NCBI GenBank assembly: GCA_965207075.1 | Contig: CBDBLO010000002.1 | Span: 960,001 to 1,024,000, forward strand | From: Nitrosopumilus sp. | GTDB lineage: Archaea; Thermoproteota; Nitrososphaeria; Nitrososphaerales; Nitrosopumilaceae | Length of the DNA: 64,000 nt | Direction of reading: 5' to 3' | Part shown: positions 18,259 to 28,577 of the stretch, piece by piece | How positions within the stretch are numbered: position 1 is the stretch's first letter | How the letters are laid out: every line of letters begins with the position of its first letter | Program-made: the position numbers and the translations under genes | Notes under the pieces: generated by a model | Told to the model about the DNA's origin: nothing | What the model saw: the letters and a program-made list of their open reading frames with translations, nothing else | Databases searched by the model: none

Positions 18259-19956
18259 TCACCCCTTTCTAAAAAATCCAAACCTGCGCTTCTTTTTAGG
18301 CATGTCATTTTTATCTTGCTGCTCCGGTTCTTGTCCGGCCTTCTTACCGTTACGGTCTGCGCCTACGTCGTGGTCTTCTCGGGCGCCCTCCTCCACCTTG
18401 TCGCCTCCGTCGTAATCCCGGTTGTCTTCCTCCCGTTCCCCCTCGTCGTCGTCTGTCTCAGATACGTCATCGTCGCCGGGGTCCGGCCTGCCGTCTGCAA
18501 TCCATCCCCTTATCTTCTCTGCAAGTCCGTACGCCTCCCTGTCGTTCTCGGGGGGTGGGACGTCAAACCTGTCAGAGTATTCTGCAATGTCGGAATCTGC
18601 AATTCCGTGGAACGGATCGTCTGATGATGATGATGATGATGATGATGACGACGATGGAGGCGGCGACGGAGGCGACGGAGGCGACGATTCCGCATCCTCC
18701 GGTTCAGATTCTTCGATCTTGGGCGCCGTCTGGACGTCCGGTTCCGGCCCTGAAGCCGGCTCCGGCTCCGGCGGGCTCTCGTGACTCTCCGCACGTGGCG
18801 GTATCTCTGATGCAGGCCCCGCAGGCGACGGCTCCTGTGGCGGGACTATCTCGCCCTCCGGTTCTCTCTGTCCTGAACTGTCGGTCTCTTCTGCCCCCTT
18901 TGCTGCACCTGCATCAGCATCCACAGTGGCGGCCTCCTCCACGGTGTCCAGTTCTGCCGGCATCTCTTCGCCCTCCGACTCTCCTGGCCGTCCTGCGCCT
19001 GCCTGTGCGGCACCTGCCGCGGGAGCCTCTAAATCGGCGCCGGCCGCGCCGTCCTCTCCGAAAACCATCTCCAGAAACGCCCTCTTGTCAAACGGCCTTA
19101 GGTCGGCGTACTCCTGCCCGACCCCCACGTAGAGTATGGGCGTGGACGTGACCTTTGCAATCGAGAGGGCCGCGCCCCCCCGGGCGTCGGCATCTGCCTT
19201 TGTCAGGATGGCCGCGTCAAACCTCGTATGCTCGTAGAACTCCCTTGCCTGGTTTACCGTGTCGTTTCCGGCCAGCGAGTCGCCCACGAATATCTTTACG
19301 TCCGGGTTCACCACCTTTGTAATCTTTGCAATCTGCTCCATCAGGTTCTTGCTGGTCTGCATCCTGCCGGCGGTGTCTATCAACACGCAGTCCGTGCGGT
19401 GGGCCCTTGCGTACAGGACGGCGTCCCTTGCCACCGCGGCCGGATCTGAATTGTAGTTTTGCGCAACAAGCTTTAGGTTCAGGCGCCTCGTATGCTCCTT
19501 GAGCTGCTCTATGGCTCCAGCGCGGAACGTGTCTGACGCGGCGACGACAACGGAATATTTTGACTGCTGCAGCATGTGCGCCATCTTTGCAAGCGTTGTG
19601 GTCTTTCCCGTCCCGTTGATTCCCACGAACAGAATCAGAAACGGCTCGCCGGATGCCTTTTTTCTACTGATCATATCCAAGAGGTCGACGCGGCCCGCCG
19701 AGTCGAAGAGCGACGATATGCTTGAGACCAGGCTGGACTTTATGGCGTCTGGTATCCTGGATTTTTCCACCCTCAAACCTATAAGATCCTTTTTTAGGTC
19801 GGCCTTTATCGAGTCTGTCACCTCGCTTGCGACGTCGGACTCTAGGAGCGATATCTCAAGCTCGAACAGCACGTCGTCGATGTCCTTTTCCTTTAGCTCC
19901 CTCTCGCCCAGACTCTTTGCCACGCCGGCAAACGCGCCGCGCAGCTTGTCAAACAT
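18259..19956 (-). CDS. ftsY: SRP receptor FtsY with long acidic C-terminal extension
   Basis: GINGTGKTT, DTFRAGA, DTAGR, TKAD. Confidence 0.96.
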   Translation of the reverse strand: MFDKLRGAFAGVAKSLGERELKEKDIDDVLFELEISLLESDVASEVTDSIKADLKKDLIGLRVEKSRIPDAIKSSLVSSISSLFDSAGRVDLLDMISRKKASGEPFLILFVGINGTGKTTTLAKMAHMLQQSKYSVVVAASDTFRAGAIEQLKEHTRRLNLKLVAQNYNSDPAAVARDAVLYARAHRTDCVLIDTAGRMQTSKNLMEQIAKITKVVNPDVKIFVGDSLAGNDTVNQAREFYEHTRFDAAILTKADADARGGAALSIAKVTSTPILYVGVGQEYADLRPFDKRAFLEMVFGEDGAAGADLEAPAAGAAQAGAGRPGESEGEEMPAELDTVEEAATVDADAGAAKGAEETDSSGQREPEGEIVPPQEPSPAGPASEIPPRAESHESPPEPEPASGPEPDVQTAPKIEESEPEDAESSPPSPPSPPPSSSSSSSSSSSDDPFHGIADSDIAEYSDRFDVPPPENDREAYGLAEKIRGWIADGRPDPGDDDVSETDDDEGEREEDNRDYDGGDKVEEGAREDHDVGADRNGKKAGQEPEQQDKNDMPKKKRRFGFFRKG

Positions 19957-20425
19957 GCCCTCTCTGGCCGTACGCGGACTGTATGACTTGGTTAATCTGC
20001 ATCCTGTACTGCTCTATGTGCTCTGCCAGGTTTGTCTTCTCGGCGCCCGTGTTCTTGATTGCCACGTCGATCTCCCTTATGCGGTTCTCCAGATAGTCCA
20101 GCACGTGCTTGGGATCCTTCTCGACTGCGACCCCCGAGCCGATCTCCAGCAGCATCTTGTCTGACGGGGCGACCTTTGCCTGCACAAAGACGCCTCCGCC
20201 TATGGCCAGCAGGGTCTCGGACGATGATTCTGGTGTCCCGCCGGCCCCGTTCTCCTTGATCTGCCTGACTGACTCTATTGCACTGGCCGCGGCCGCGCGC
20301 GCCCTGACTGCCGCCTCCTCGTTTCGGATTACCATCTCAAGCTGGTCCTCCATTGCCTTTATTGCCGCGGCCATCTGCTCTGCCCTCTGCTCCGGGGTCA
20401 TGCCGCCGCCGCCGCTGCTGCTCAT
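19949..20425 (-). CDS. pfdA: Prefoldin alpha subunit
   Basis: Coiled coils flanking ETLLAIGGGVFV..LLEIGSGVAVEK; upstream of ftsY. Confidence 0.9.
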   Translation of the reverse strand: MSSSGGGGMTPEQRAEQMAAAIKAMEDQLEMVIRNEEAAVRARAAAASAIESVRQIKENGAGGTPESSSETLLAIGGGVFVQAKVAPSDKMLLEIGSGVAVEKDPKHVLDYLENRIREIDVAIKNTGAEKTNLAEHIEQYRMQINQVIQSAYGQRGHV

Positions 20426-20521
20426 GTGCCGTCATGCCCCCTTGATGGTTATAAACGGTGATGGAAAATGGCGGCCGCCCCGCCGCTCAAAGTCTAAAAA
20501 AATGGATAATGCGTGAAAGGG

Positions 20522-21142
20522 TCAGGACGCGTCTGCAAGCCTCTTGTTTACCTCGTCCCAGTTGACCACGTTCCACCAAGCTGCAATGTAGTCGGGCCTC
20601 TTGTTCTGGTACTTGAGATAGTACGCATGCTCCCAGACGTCGCATCCCAAAAGAGGCACGAGCCCCTCGGTTCTGGGACTTGTCTGGTTGGGCATGGGCT
20701 TGTACTGGACCTTCTTTGACTCGGGGTTGTATACGAGCCAGCCCCATCCGCTACCCTGGATTACGGCCGTAGTCGAGTTGAACTTTTCCCTAAAGTCGGC
20801 AAAGCTTCCAAAGGTGTCGCTTATGGCGTCTGCCACGGCACCGCCGGGCTCCCCGCCTCCGTTGGGCTTCATGTTGTTCCAAAAGAGCCTGTGGTTGTCG
20901 TAGCCTCCTCCGTTGAAGTTGACTGCGCCCCTCTTGTCCTCGGGCACGGAGCCGATGTCTGCCAGTATGTCCAGTATGTCCTTGTCTTGGATCTCGGCCG
21001 GACACGACTCGAGGGCCGCGTTCAGCTTGTCCGTATACGCCTGGTGATGCTTGGTGTGGTGTATCTCCATGGTCCTTGCGTCTATGTGTGGCTCTAGCGC
21101 GTCGTACGCGTAGGGCATCTCAGGAAGTGTGTATTTTCCCAT
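20522..21142 (-). CDS. sod: Fe/Mn superoxide dismutase
   Basis: HHTKHHQAY, NHRLFW, DVWEHAYY. Confidence 0.98.
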   Translation of the reverse strand: MGKYTLPEMPYAYDALEPHIDARTMEIHHTKHHQAYTDKLNAALESCPAEIQDKDILDILADIGSVPEDKRGAVNFNGGGYDNHRLFWNNMKPNGGGEPGGAVADAISDTFGSFADFREKFNSTTAVIQGSGWGWLVYNPESKKVQYKPMPNQTSPRTEGLVPLLGCDVWEHAYYLKYQNKRPDYIAAWWNVVNWDEVNKRLADAS

Positions 21143-21257
21143 GGCTGGACCCCCTTGGGACGTAATTTATTGGTTTTTCAACCATCTGCGCCGCGGGCGC
21201 GCCGATGCCGCCGCGGCCCTGCAATCGTTTTTACCTGACGTGCGAGAGGGCCACGTC

Positions 21258-23633
21258 ATGCGGCCCTCTGGCAGCACCGGATGCGATTCCTGCAAGGTGC
21301 GCGGCGATAAGCGGCCTGCGTACCCCCCTGCATACACTGCTGCCGCAGTTGTGACGTCCGCCACGATTGCGGCCGCGCTCGTCATCGCCGTGCTGGCGTC
21401 GTCGTACTCCACGCCCGGCGGGGATGACGGAATCCGGACATACCTTGAGCGGAGCGTGCCGTTTGTGGGTGGCGACGTTCCGCGGCTTGACGGCGTGGGC
21501 GGCGAGGGCATACTGATTGCGGTAATCGACACCGGGGTTGACTACGAGCATCCGGACATGCTTGGATGGCGGGGGGACGGCAAGGTGGCCGGCGGCTATA
21601 ACTTTCTGTGGGGGGACGATGGAAACGCGCCGCTTGACACGGACGGGCACGGCACGCAGGTGGCCGGAGTGGCGTCGGCCGACGGTAGCCTCCAGGGAGT
21701 CGCCCCAAAGTCCAGAATACTTGCCTACAAGGTGTCCGAAGACGGCAGCAATGTCTCCTCTGAGCTCATCGCCAGGGCCGTCACAAAAGCCGTCGAGGAC
21801 GGCGCCGATGTGATAAACATCAGCATGGGCGTAAGCACCAAGAACAGCGTGATCGAGGACGCGATAAACGAGGCGCTCGGGCGCGGCGCGCTTGTGGTGG
21901 TGGCGGCCGGAAACGACGGGCCCGGGACATCCACGATTGGGAGCCCGGGGCGCAGCAGCGGCTCCCTTACGGTGGGGGCAACGTACAACAACCTGACGTC
22001 AAGCCTGGTCGCGACGCTGGACGTTGCAGGCTCCTTCTCGTATACGGTAATACCCATGGTCGGCTCGGAGTCACTCGCCGAGCCGATCGACGCCGGGCTC
22101 GTATCTGCCGGATATGCCAAGGAGTCTGACTTTGAGGACGTTGATGCGAGGGGCGCCATTGTGATTGCCGAGCGCGGAAGCGACGTGGAGGGCGAGCTCC
22201 TGTATTTTTCGCTCAAAGAGTCGCACGCCGCAGACGCGGGCGCGGCCGCCCTTATTGTATACAACAACGTCGACGGCATGTTTTTGGGCGAACTCGCCCA
22301 CGAGTTCGCAGAACCCGGATACGCGCCTCGCATACCCGTGGTGTCCATGGAGCGCGAGGAGGGGCTTGAGCTTCTGGAGCTCTTGGCCAACGGCACCGCC
22401 TCAGACGCGTTGCTCCACCTGTTCCATAATCCTGACTTTGTGGCGCACTTCAGCTCGCGTGGGCCGGTCATGCCGTTCTTCATCAAGCCTGATGTGGTGG
22501 CCCCGGGCGCGTACATCAACACCACCCAGGCCGGCTCCGTGTACGAGATAATGAGCGGGACCAGCTATGCGGCACCCCACGCAAGCGGCGCCGCGGCACT
22601 GCTTCTGGAGAGAAACCCCGGGCTTGACAGGCACGAGTTAAAGTCCATCATAATGAACACCGCCGACCCCGTCATGGACGCGTACGGGCAGGAACTATCC
22701 GTACACGAGACCGGCTCCGGGCGGCTCAACATCACGAGGGCGTACGGGGCTGACATTGCGGTACTTCCGCCGAGCTTTGTGCTTGTCACGTCGGAGGGGG
22801 ACCGTACCTCTGAGGTGGTACTTGAGCTGCGTTCAGTAAGGCTCGCAGCCTCATATGGTGGTGATGGTGATGATGATGATGATGATGATGATGGCGGCAG
22901 CAAAAGCGGCGTAAGCGGCATCAAGAGGGTTCCGCTTGAGACCGAACTGGTTGGTGTCCGGTTTGAGGGGCCGAGTTTTGTGGACTTCTCCCACTCGTTT
23001 GAAGCCGGCTCCGTCCTTGCCCGCATGACGGTCACGTACAACGACACAGGTACAGTCGATGGCGCCGGCCCCGCACCGGCGCCTTTGGGGCACGGGCCGT
23101 ACGGAGAGCACGAGGGGCGCGTCGTTATAACGTACAACGGTTCCGAGTACGCGGTGCCGTTCCTGTTGCACCACACGCGCGGCTCTGTTGACGCGACCGT
23201 GTCGTACTCGGGCCTGCGGGACGCCAACGCGGCCGGGCGCCTGGACCTTGCGGTGTCTCACCCCGACGGCTGGGAGTTTGTAAAGATTGACGTAATTGAC
23301 AGCGTCTCTGAGGAGTCCGTCTCCGTCACGGCCACCCCGGCGGATGGAGCGTCTCCCTCACTTGAGGTGCTGCAGAACGGCACGTACTGGATAGACGCAA
23401 GGATAACGTCCGGCAACGGCACGTACGCCGCGTACGACATGATACGCGTCGGGCCCCATGACGATCCGGGCGCGCAGGCACCCGACCATCCGGGCCGTGA
23501 CGCGCCGCAACGCACCGCATTCTCACCGTCTGAGTCCCTGCCGATGCGGCAGATTGCAATTATTGCGGCCGTGGTGGCCGTGATAGGCGCACTGGGCGTC
23601 GCATTCCGCACGCGCGGGGGCCAGAACCGGTGA
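21258..23633 (+). CDS. S8 subtilisin-like serine protease with PA domain and membrane anchors
   Basis: IDTG, HGTQVAG, AAGN, SGTSYAAPH; PA insert; N- and C-terminal TM segments; exact start uncertain. Confidence 0.92.
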   Translation: MRPSGSTGCDSCKVRGDKRPAYPPAYTAAAVVTSATIAAALVIAVLASSYSTPGGDDGIRTYLERSVPFVGGDVPRLDGVGGEGILIAVIDTGVDYEHPDMLGWRGDGKVAGGYNFLWGDDGNAPLDTDGHGTQVAGVASADGSLQGVAPKSRILAYKVSEDGSNVSSELIARAVTKAVEDGADVINISMGVSTKNSVIEDAINEALGRGALVVVAAGNDGPGTSTIGSPGRSSGSLTVGATYNNLTSSLVATLDVAGSFSYTVIPMVGSESLAEPIDAGLVSAGYAKESDFEDVDARGAIVIAERGSDVEGELLYFSLKESHAADAGAAALIVYNNVDGMFLGELAHEFAEPGYAPRIPVVSMEREEGLELLELLANGTASDALLHLFHNPDFVAHFSSRGPVMPFFIKPDVVAPGAYINTTQAGSVYEIMSGTSYAAPHASGAAALLLERNPGLDRHELKSIIMNTADPVMDAYGQELSVHETGSGRLNITRAYGADIAVLPPSFVLVTSEGDRTSEVVLELRSVRLAASYGGDGDDDDDDDDGGSKSGVSGIKRVPLETELVGVRFEGPSFVDFSHSFEAGSVLARMTVTYNDTGTVDGAGPAPAPLGHGPYGEHEGRVVITYNGSEYAVPFLLHHTRGSVDATVSYSGLRDANAAGRLDLAVSHPDGWEFVKIDVIDSVSEESVSVTATPADGASPSLEVLQNGTYWIDARITSGNGTYAAYDMIRVGPHDDPGAQAPDHPGRDAPQRTAFSPSESLPMRQIAIIAAVVAVIGALGVAFRTRGGQNR

Positions 23634-23636
23634 CTG

Positions 23637-25256
23637 CTATGAGGCCGCGTCCGGGGACGGGCCTGCAGCTATTATGTTGGGTGGCACGCCCGTAAACCTT
23701 GCAAAGTTGTCCACAAACATCTGCGCCAGCTTCTTGGCCGTGGCATCGTACGTGTCCTTGCATTCCCATGTGTTGCGCGGATCCAGTATCTCCGGCGGCA
23801 CGCCGTCCACGGCGCTTGGAACGTCCAGGTTGAACAGATCGTTGTGCACGTATGGGGCGTCGCTTATCGAGCCCATAAGCGCGGCGGTCACCATCGCCCT
23901 GCTGTACTTGATGCTTATGCGCTTTCCAACCCCGTAGGGGCCGCCGGACCAGCCCGTATTGATCAGGTACACCGAGGACTTGTGCCTTGCAATCTTCTCG
24001 CCGAGCATCTTTGCGTATACGGATGCGGGCCTCGGCATGAACGGGGCCCCGAAGCACTCCGAAAATACCGACTTTGGCTCCTTTATGCCGCGCTCGGTGC
24101 CTGCAAGCTTGCTTGTATATCCTGACATGAAGTGGTACATCGCCCCGTCGGCAGTCAGCCTGGAGACGGGCGGCAGCACCCCCAGCGCGTCGGCAGTCAG
24201 GAATACCACGACGCGCGGGTTTCCGCCCACGCTTGGTATCCTTGCCCCCGGGATGTGCTCAAGCGGATACGCGGCCCTTGTGTTCTCCGTCAGCGAGCTG
24301 TCCGAGTAGTCGGGAACGTTTCCGGGCCCCAGCGCGACGTTCTCCAGGACGGCCCCTGGGCGTATCGCGTCCCATATCTCCGGCTCGGCCTCCCTGCTGA
24401 GGTTTATGCACTTTGCATAGCAGCCGCCCTCAAAGTTGAACGTGCCGCCGTCGGACCACCCGTGCTCGTCGTCGCCTATTAGCATCCTGTCTGGATCTGC
24501 CGACAGCGTTGTCTTGCCCGTACCTGACAGTCCGAAGAAGAGGGCCGTGTCGTTGTCCCTCTTGCCGATGTTTGCAGAGCAGTGCATGGGAAAGACGCCG
24601 CGGTCGGGCAGGATGTAATTCATTACAGAAAAGACCGACTTTTTTATCTCTCCGGCGTATCTGGTGCCCCCTATTATCACGATCCTCTTTGAGAGGTTTA
24701 TTATTATGAACGCGTTTGAGCGGGTCCCGTCCCTCTCGGGTATGGCGTCAAAGTCGTTTGTGCACAAGACGGTAAGCTCCGGGCGGTGCGCCTTTAGCTC
24801 TTCGGCGGTGGGGCGTATGAACATGCAGCTGCTAAAGAGGCTCTGCCATGCGCGGTCGTTTATCACCCTTATGGGCAGCCGCTGCTTGGGGTCGGCCCCG
24901 GCAAATCCGTCAAACACAAAGAGCTCCTTGCCCCCGGCATGTTCCTTCATCCTATCGAGCAGGGCGTCAAACTTTTCTGGTGAAAACCCGCGGTTGATCT
25001 TGCCCCAGTCCACCGTATCGTGCGTCGTCTCATCGTCCACGATGAACCTGTCGTCGGGGGAGCGGCCTGTATATCTTCCAGTATTTACCGTAATCGAACC
25101 CGTCGAGCATATTGAGCCCTCGCCGCGCTTTACTGTCTGGTGCATCAGCGCATTTGCGCCCAGATTCCTGTGTATGCCCGCGGCGCGGATCCCGAACTCC
25201 TCGATCTGCGCCATAAAGGCGGCGTCGGAGTCGCCAAGCTCCTGCGTCAGGTGCAC
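23637..25256 (-). CDS. pckA: Phosphoenolpyruvate carboxykinase (ATP)
   Basis: TGRSP, YAGEIKK, GLSGTGKTT, IGDDEHGW, NFEGGCYAK. Confidence 0.97.
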   Translation of the reverse strand: MHLTQELGDSDAAFMAQIEEFGIRAAGIHRNLGANALMHQTVKRGEGSICSTGSITVNTGRYTGRSPDDRFIVDDETTHDTVDWGKINRGFSPEKFDALLDRMKEHAGGKELFVFDGFAGADPKQRLPIRVINDRAWQSLFSSCMFIRPTAEELKAHRPELTVLCTNDFDAIPERDGTRSNAFIIINLSKRIVIIGGTRYAGEIKKSVFSVMNYILPDRGVFPMHCSANIGKRDNDTALFFGLSGTGKTTLSADPDRMLIGDDEHGWSDGGTFNFEGGCYAKCINLSREAEPEIWDAIRPGAVLENVALGPGNVPDYSDSSLTENTRAAYPLEHIPGARIPSVGGNPRVVVFLTADALGVLPPVSRLTADGAMYHFMSGYTSKLAGTERGIKEPKSVFSECFGAPFMPRPASVYAKMLGEKIARHKSSVYLINTGWSGGPYGVGKRISIKYSRAMVTAALMGSISDAPYVHNDLFNLDVPSAVDGVPPEILDPRNTWECKDTYDATAKKLAQMFVDNFARFTGVPPNIIAAGPSPDAAS

Positions 25257-25715
25257 GCGCCTCCGGGGTACGTGGCCGCGGTTGGTCCTGGACGCATGGT
25301 GGCAGTCGCCGAGCCGGGTGTGGAATTCAAGATGATTCGATCCCCCTGAAATTACCTTATTATCCTTTGCGAGTCGTTGTGCATCTTCTGGTCCCTTTTC
25401 GGATCGTCGTCTTTCTGATTGTGGACTCGTGCGCTAGAAGAGGCGCGCGTATTGAGCCGCGATGGACCGGGCCGCCTGCCCATGACATCTGGAGGGCGCA
25501 GGCTGACAGGCGCTAACCTTCGAGGGACTTGGGCCCGTACTGCGCCGTCCCTGTCCCCCCTCCCCCACGACTGCCCTCGCGGTTCGGCAATCCTGGCAGT
25601 CATGCACGCACGCGCGCTCCTGAGCCGACAGAGGCGCCTAGTTCTGACCGCCCTGCCGCCACGTCCTTTGCCGCCTTCCGGCAACGTATTTATTTAAAAA
25701 TCCTGCAGGCCCCGC

Positions 25716-26114
25716 ATGCCAATAAACAAGGCCCTGCTCCAGAGGCGGGCCGCGCAAAAGGAACGCAACCCGGACTTTGTGCGTCCGGAGAGCTGGAGAT
25801 ACGTCCGCCTGCAGACCGGGTGGCGTAAGCCAAAGGGGATAGACAACCACCAGCGAAAGCAGAAGAGCCGCGGTCGCCCCGGCCTTGTAAAGATAGGATA
25901 TGGGGGGCCTAGGGACGCGCTAGGGCTACACCCGTCCGGGTATACGGACAACCTCGTATACAACCTGTCCGACCTTGACAGTCTGGATTCCAAAAAGGAC
26001 GGTGTCCGCATCGGCCACGGGGTCGGCACGCGCAAACGCCGCGAGATTGTGGCAAAGGCCGTGTCATTAAAGTTCAAGATATTCAACGCGAGGGTAAAGG
26101 CCGATGGTAGTTAA
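25716..26114 (+). CDS. rpl32e: 50S ribosomal protein eL32
   Basis: WRKPKGIDN, GYG..GLHPSG. Confidence 0.97.
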   Translation: MPINKALLQRRAAQKERNPDFVRPESWRYVRLQTGWRKPKGIDNHQRKQKSRGRPGLVKIGYGGPRDALGLHPSGYTDNLVYNLSDLDSLDSKKDGVRIGHGVGTRKRREIVAKAVSLKFKIFNARVKADGS

Positions 26115-26577
26115 CCTAAAGGCCAAGAAGAGGCTGGCGGCCCGCGTGCTGGGGGTCGGCGTCCACCGCGTAAGGCTTTCAGAAGACCACCTCGAGGACG
26201 TCTCAAATGCAATAACCCGAAACGAGATACGGAGCTTGGTGACTGCAAATACCATTACTGTCAGGCCGTTCACTGGAACCTCCCGCGGCAGGGCGCACGC
26301 CAAAAAGGCCCAGCGCAACAAGCGTGGCACGACGCAGGGCTCAAAGCAGGGGCGCAAGGGAGCGCGCGTGGGCAAAAAGGAGGTGTATGTGGCAAAGGTC
26401 AGGGCGCTCAGGAGACTGCTCAAGATTGCAAAGGTCAGGAACGACATTACAAACTCCGAGTTCTGGATGTTGTACAAAAAAGTCGGCGGGAACACAGTCC
26501 GAAACAAGGCCCATCTGCGGGCGCTGATGGAGGAGACAAAGGAGCGTAGAGAGTCCTCCGTGCCTGCGCGCGACTAG
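26104..26577 (+). CDS. rpl19e: 50S ribosomal protein eL19
   Basis: KRLAARVLGVG, AITRNEIR, GRKGAR. Confidence 0.97.
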   Translation: MVVNLKAKKRLAARVLGVGVHRVRLSEDHLEDVSNAITRNEIRSLVTANTITVRPFTGTSRGRAHAKKAQRNKRGTTQGSKQGRKGARVGKKEVYVAKVRALRRLLKIAKVRNDITNSEFWMLYKKVGGNTVRNKAHLRALMEETKERRESSVPARD

Positions 26578-26996
26578 CCGAACCTGTACATTGCACTGTC
26601 CATGTCCGATATGCGGCCGCCGCCCAGCGCGACGCCCTCCCTTGCAAGCATCTCCTCTTTTACCTCTGTCCCGTAGGCATACCCGCCAACGTCTCCTGTG
26701 GACATGACGACTCTGTGGCACGGTATTATGGACGGGTATGGGTTTTTGTTCATGATCCTGCCAATTGCGCGCTGCCCATTCCTGAGGCCTGCCGCCCTTG
26801 CAAGCTCGCCGTATGTGGTGACTTTGCCCTTTGGGACCCTTGCAAGCATGCCGTACACCTTCTGCTCTAGCGCTCCAAGATGGTGTGCTGTTGGGGCTTC
26901 TGGTGATGATGACGACGACGATGATGACGATGACGACGACGACGATCTCGCCGCCGCCCCGCTTCCATTTGTTATCCTACCCGCCGTCGCGGTCAT
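26574..26996 (-). CDS. ogt: MGMT family O6-methylguanine-DNA methyltransferase (C-terminal domain only, poly-Ser N-terminus)
   Basis: VPKGKVTTYGELA, RAIG, IPCHRVV with the active Cys. Confidence 0.88.
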   Translation of the reverse strand: MTATAGRITNGSGAAARSSSSSSSSSSSSSSPEAPTAHHLGALEQKVYGMLARVPKGKVTTYGELARAAGLRNGQRAIGRIMNKNPYPSIIPCHRVVMSTGDVGGYAYGTEVKEEMLAREGVALGGGRISDMDSAMYRFG

Positions 26997-27850
26997 ATCC
27001 TGCTTACCTCCAGCCCCGATTCTGCCAGCAGTTTCCCGATCCTGCCCTTGTCGGATCCCGGAATGCCGCCCCAGTCGAGCAGCGCCTCTGTCGCCATGCC
27101 GTTACGCTCCAGTATGTGACGGAACAGCGCGCCGTCTATCTGCGGCATGGCCCTCTTTGGGATCACGGTTCCAAGCGCGCGCCGGCCGTGCAGAATCTCG
27201 TCTGTAAATTTTTGCGGATAGTGCGTCCCGCCAAAGCAGACTGCCACCGGACTGCTTGTATCCACCCCCGATGATACGGTCTCGTGTACAGCGTCTGCCA
27301 CCATGCCGCACAGCGCGTCGTCGCCCCACTGTTCCGGGGTGGTTCCAACCTCTATGAACAGCGACGGCCTGCCGAGCGCGCTGGGCCCGTGGTGGGTGGC
27401 CTCTATGGTGATGTCGAACTCTCCGAACCTGCCGCTTCTCTCCTTCTCCTCGTGTATCCTGCGCAGGTATGCCCTTTGCAGGTGGGGGTGTGGCAGCGCC
27501 ACCTCTGAATCGTTTCCGCCGAATTCGGCCCTGCCAAAGTTGCCGGTACTGTGGCACGTCAGTGCAAGCACGCCGGACTCTGCCGAATGCCTTGATAGAA
27601 AGACGTATCCGTCGTATCCCCCGGCCCTTGCCACCTCCGTGTCCTCCAGCCAGTCTGCGGATATGGCGGGGGTGGATATGGTTATCATGTCGTAGTGTCT
27701 GGAGCGCCAGAAACCCGAGATGCGGGCGTCGTATGCGGACTTGGCATCCACGCCACCACCGGCCGGCCCGTCGTTCTCCATATTTGCTGCAAGGTGGGCC
27801 GCCATGCGGCTTCCGGCCGGATCGCCGTCAAACGCGACCAACAGTTCCAT
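26993..27850 (-). CDS. dtdA: D-aminoacyl-tRNA deacylase (archaeal DTD2)
   Basis: LSRH, HSTGNF, EATHHGP, FIEVG, GGTHY. Confidence 0.93.
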   Translation of the reverse strand: MELLVAFDGDPAGSRMAAHLAANMENDGPAGGGVDAKSAYDARISGFWRSRHYDMITISTPAISADWLEDTEVARAGGYDGYVFLSRHSAESGVLALTCHSTGNFGRAEFGGNDSEVALPHPHLQRAYLRRIHEEKERSGRFGEFDITIEATHHGPSALGRPSLFIEVGTTPEQWGDDALCGMVADAVHETVSSGVDTSSPVAVCFGGTHYPQKFTDEILHGRRALGTVIPKRAMPQIDGALFRHILERNGMATEALLDWGGIPGSDKGRIGKLLAESGLEVSRI

Positions 27851-27888
27851 AAAGAACAGATATAAGTAAACCCTATTAATTTTCCGCG

Positions 27889-28068
27889 TTGAGGTTCAAT
27901 CCGAGGCATACGCTTAAGAACATGGCCAACACCATGAAGATGGCCAAAAAGCCTGACCGGGACGAGTATCAGCAGCACCTGAGACTTGTCCTGCTTGGAA
28001 TCGCCGGCGTGGGTACTATAGGATTCATAATACAGTTCGTATTCTCGGTAATCACGTATGGTAGATAG
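27889..28068 (+). CDS. secE: Protein translocase SecE/Sec61 gamma
   Basis: Hand-translated 59 aa: MAKKPDRDEY..LGIAGVGTIGFII; directly upstream of spt5. Confidence 0.92.
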   Translation: MRFNPRHTLKNMANTMKMAKKPDRDEYQQHLRLVLLGIAGVGTIGFIIQFVFSVITYGR

Positions 28069-28070
28069 AG

Positions 28071-28529
28071 TTGTCTGAGGAGATAGAGTCACACCTGTTT
28101 GCAATCCGAACCACTGGGGGCCAGGAGAAAGTGGTCATGCGCCTGCTGGAGGCAAAGGCCAATGCCAACAAGGTGCACATACAGTCGGTCATGCTTGTGG
28201 AGAACCTAAAGGGATACGTGGTCATAGAGGCCCTGAGCCCGAACGACGCGTTCATGGCCGTCGACGGCGTCCGGCACATCCGCGGGCAGCTTCGCGGGGA
28301 GCTTGCGTTTGGCGACATCGAGGGGTATCTGGTCAAAAAGTCCACCATCTCGCAGCTCGAGGTGGACAATGTGATCGAGATCACCGGCGGGCCGTTCAAG
28401 GGCATGAAGGCCACGATAACCAGGATTGACGCCGAGAAGGAGGAGGCTACGGTGGTGCTGCTTGACGCCGCGTACCAGCTGCCGGTTACGGTGGACGCAA
28501 ACTACCTCAAGCTCTCAAACGGGGCGTAG
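28071..28529 (+). CDS. spt5: Transcription elongation factor Spt5 (NusG)
   Basis: TTGGQE, LKGYVVIEA, KOW GGPFKG. Confidence 0.96.
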   Translation: MSEEIESHLFAIRTTGGQEKVVMRLLEAKANANKVHIQSVMLVENLKGYVVIEALSPNDAFMAVDGVRHIRGQLRGELAFGDIEGYLVKKSTISQLEVDNVIEITGGPFKGMKATITRIDAEKEEATVVLLDAAYQLPVTVDANYLKLSNGA

Positions 28530-28577
28530 CGACGGGGCGGCAAAGGGTTAAATTTTTCATCGAAAGGCGGGTTTACA

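Noticed and set aside
25247-25330. Short out-of-frame uORF overlapping the pckA start (possible frameshift or leader peptide)
   Set aside because: pckA looks full-length from GTG 25256; there is no slippery site or other independent support
25420-25660. RNase P or SRP RNA call
   Set aside because: No GAGGAAAGTCC/P4 or CAGG..GGAA..AGCA signature on either strand
16572-26577. spc cluster split, with rpl32e-rpl19e divergent from rpl18-secY and eL34/eL14 missing
   Set aside because: Consistent with my recollection of ordinary Nitrosopumilaceae gene order and known lineage losses; used only as taxonomic evidence
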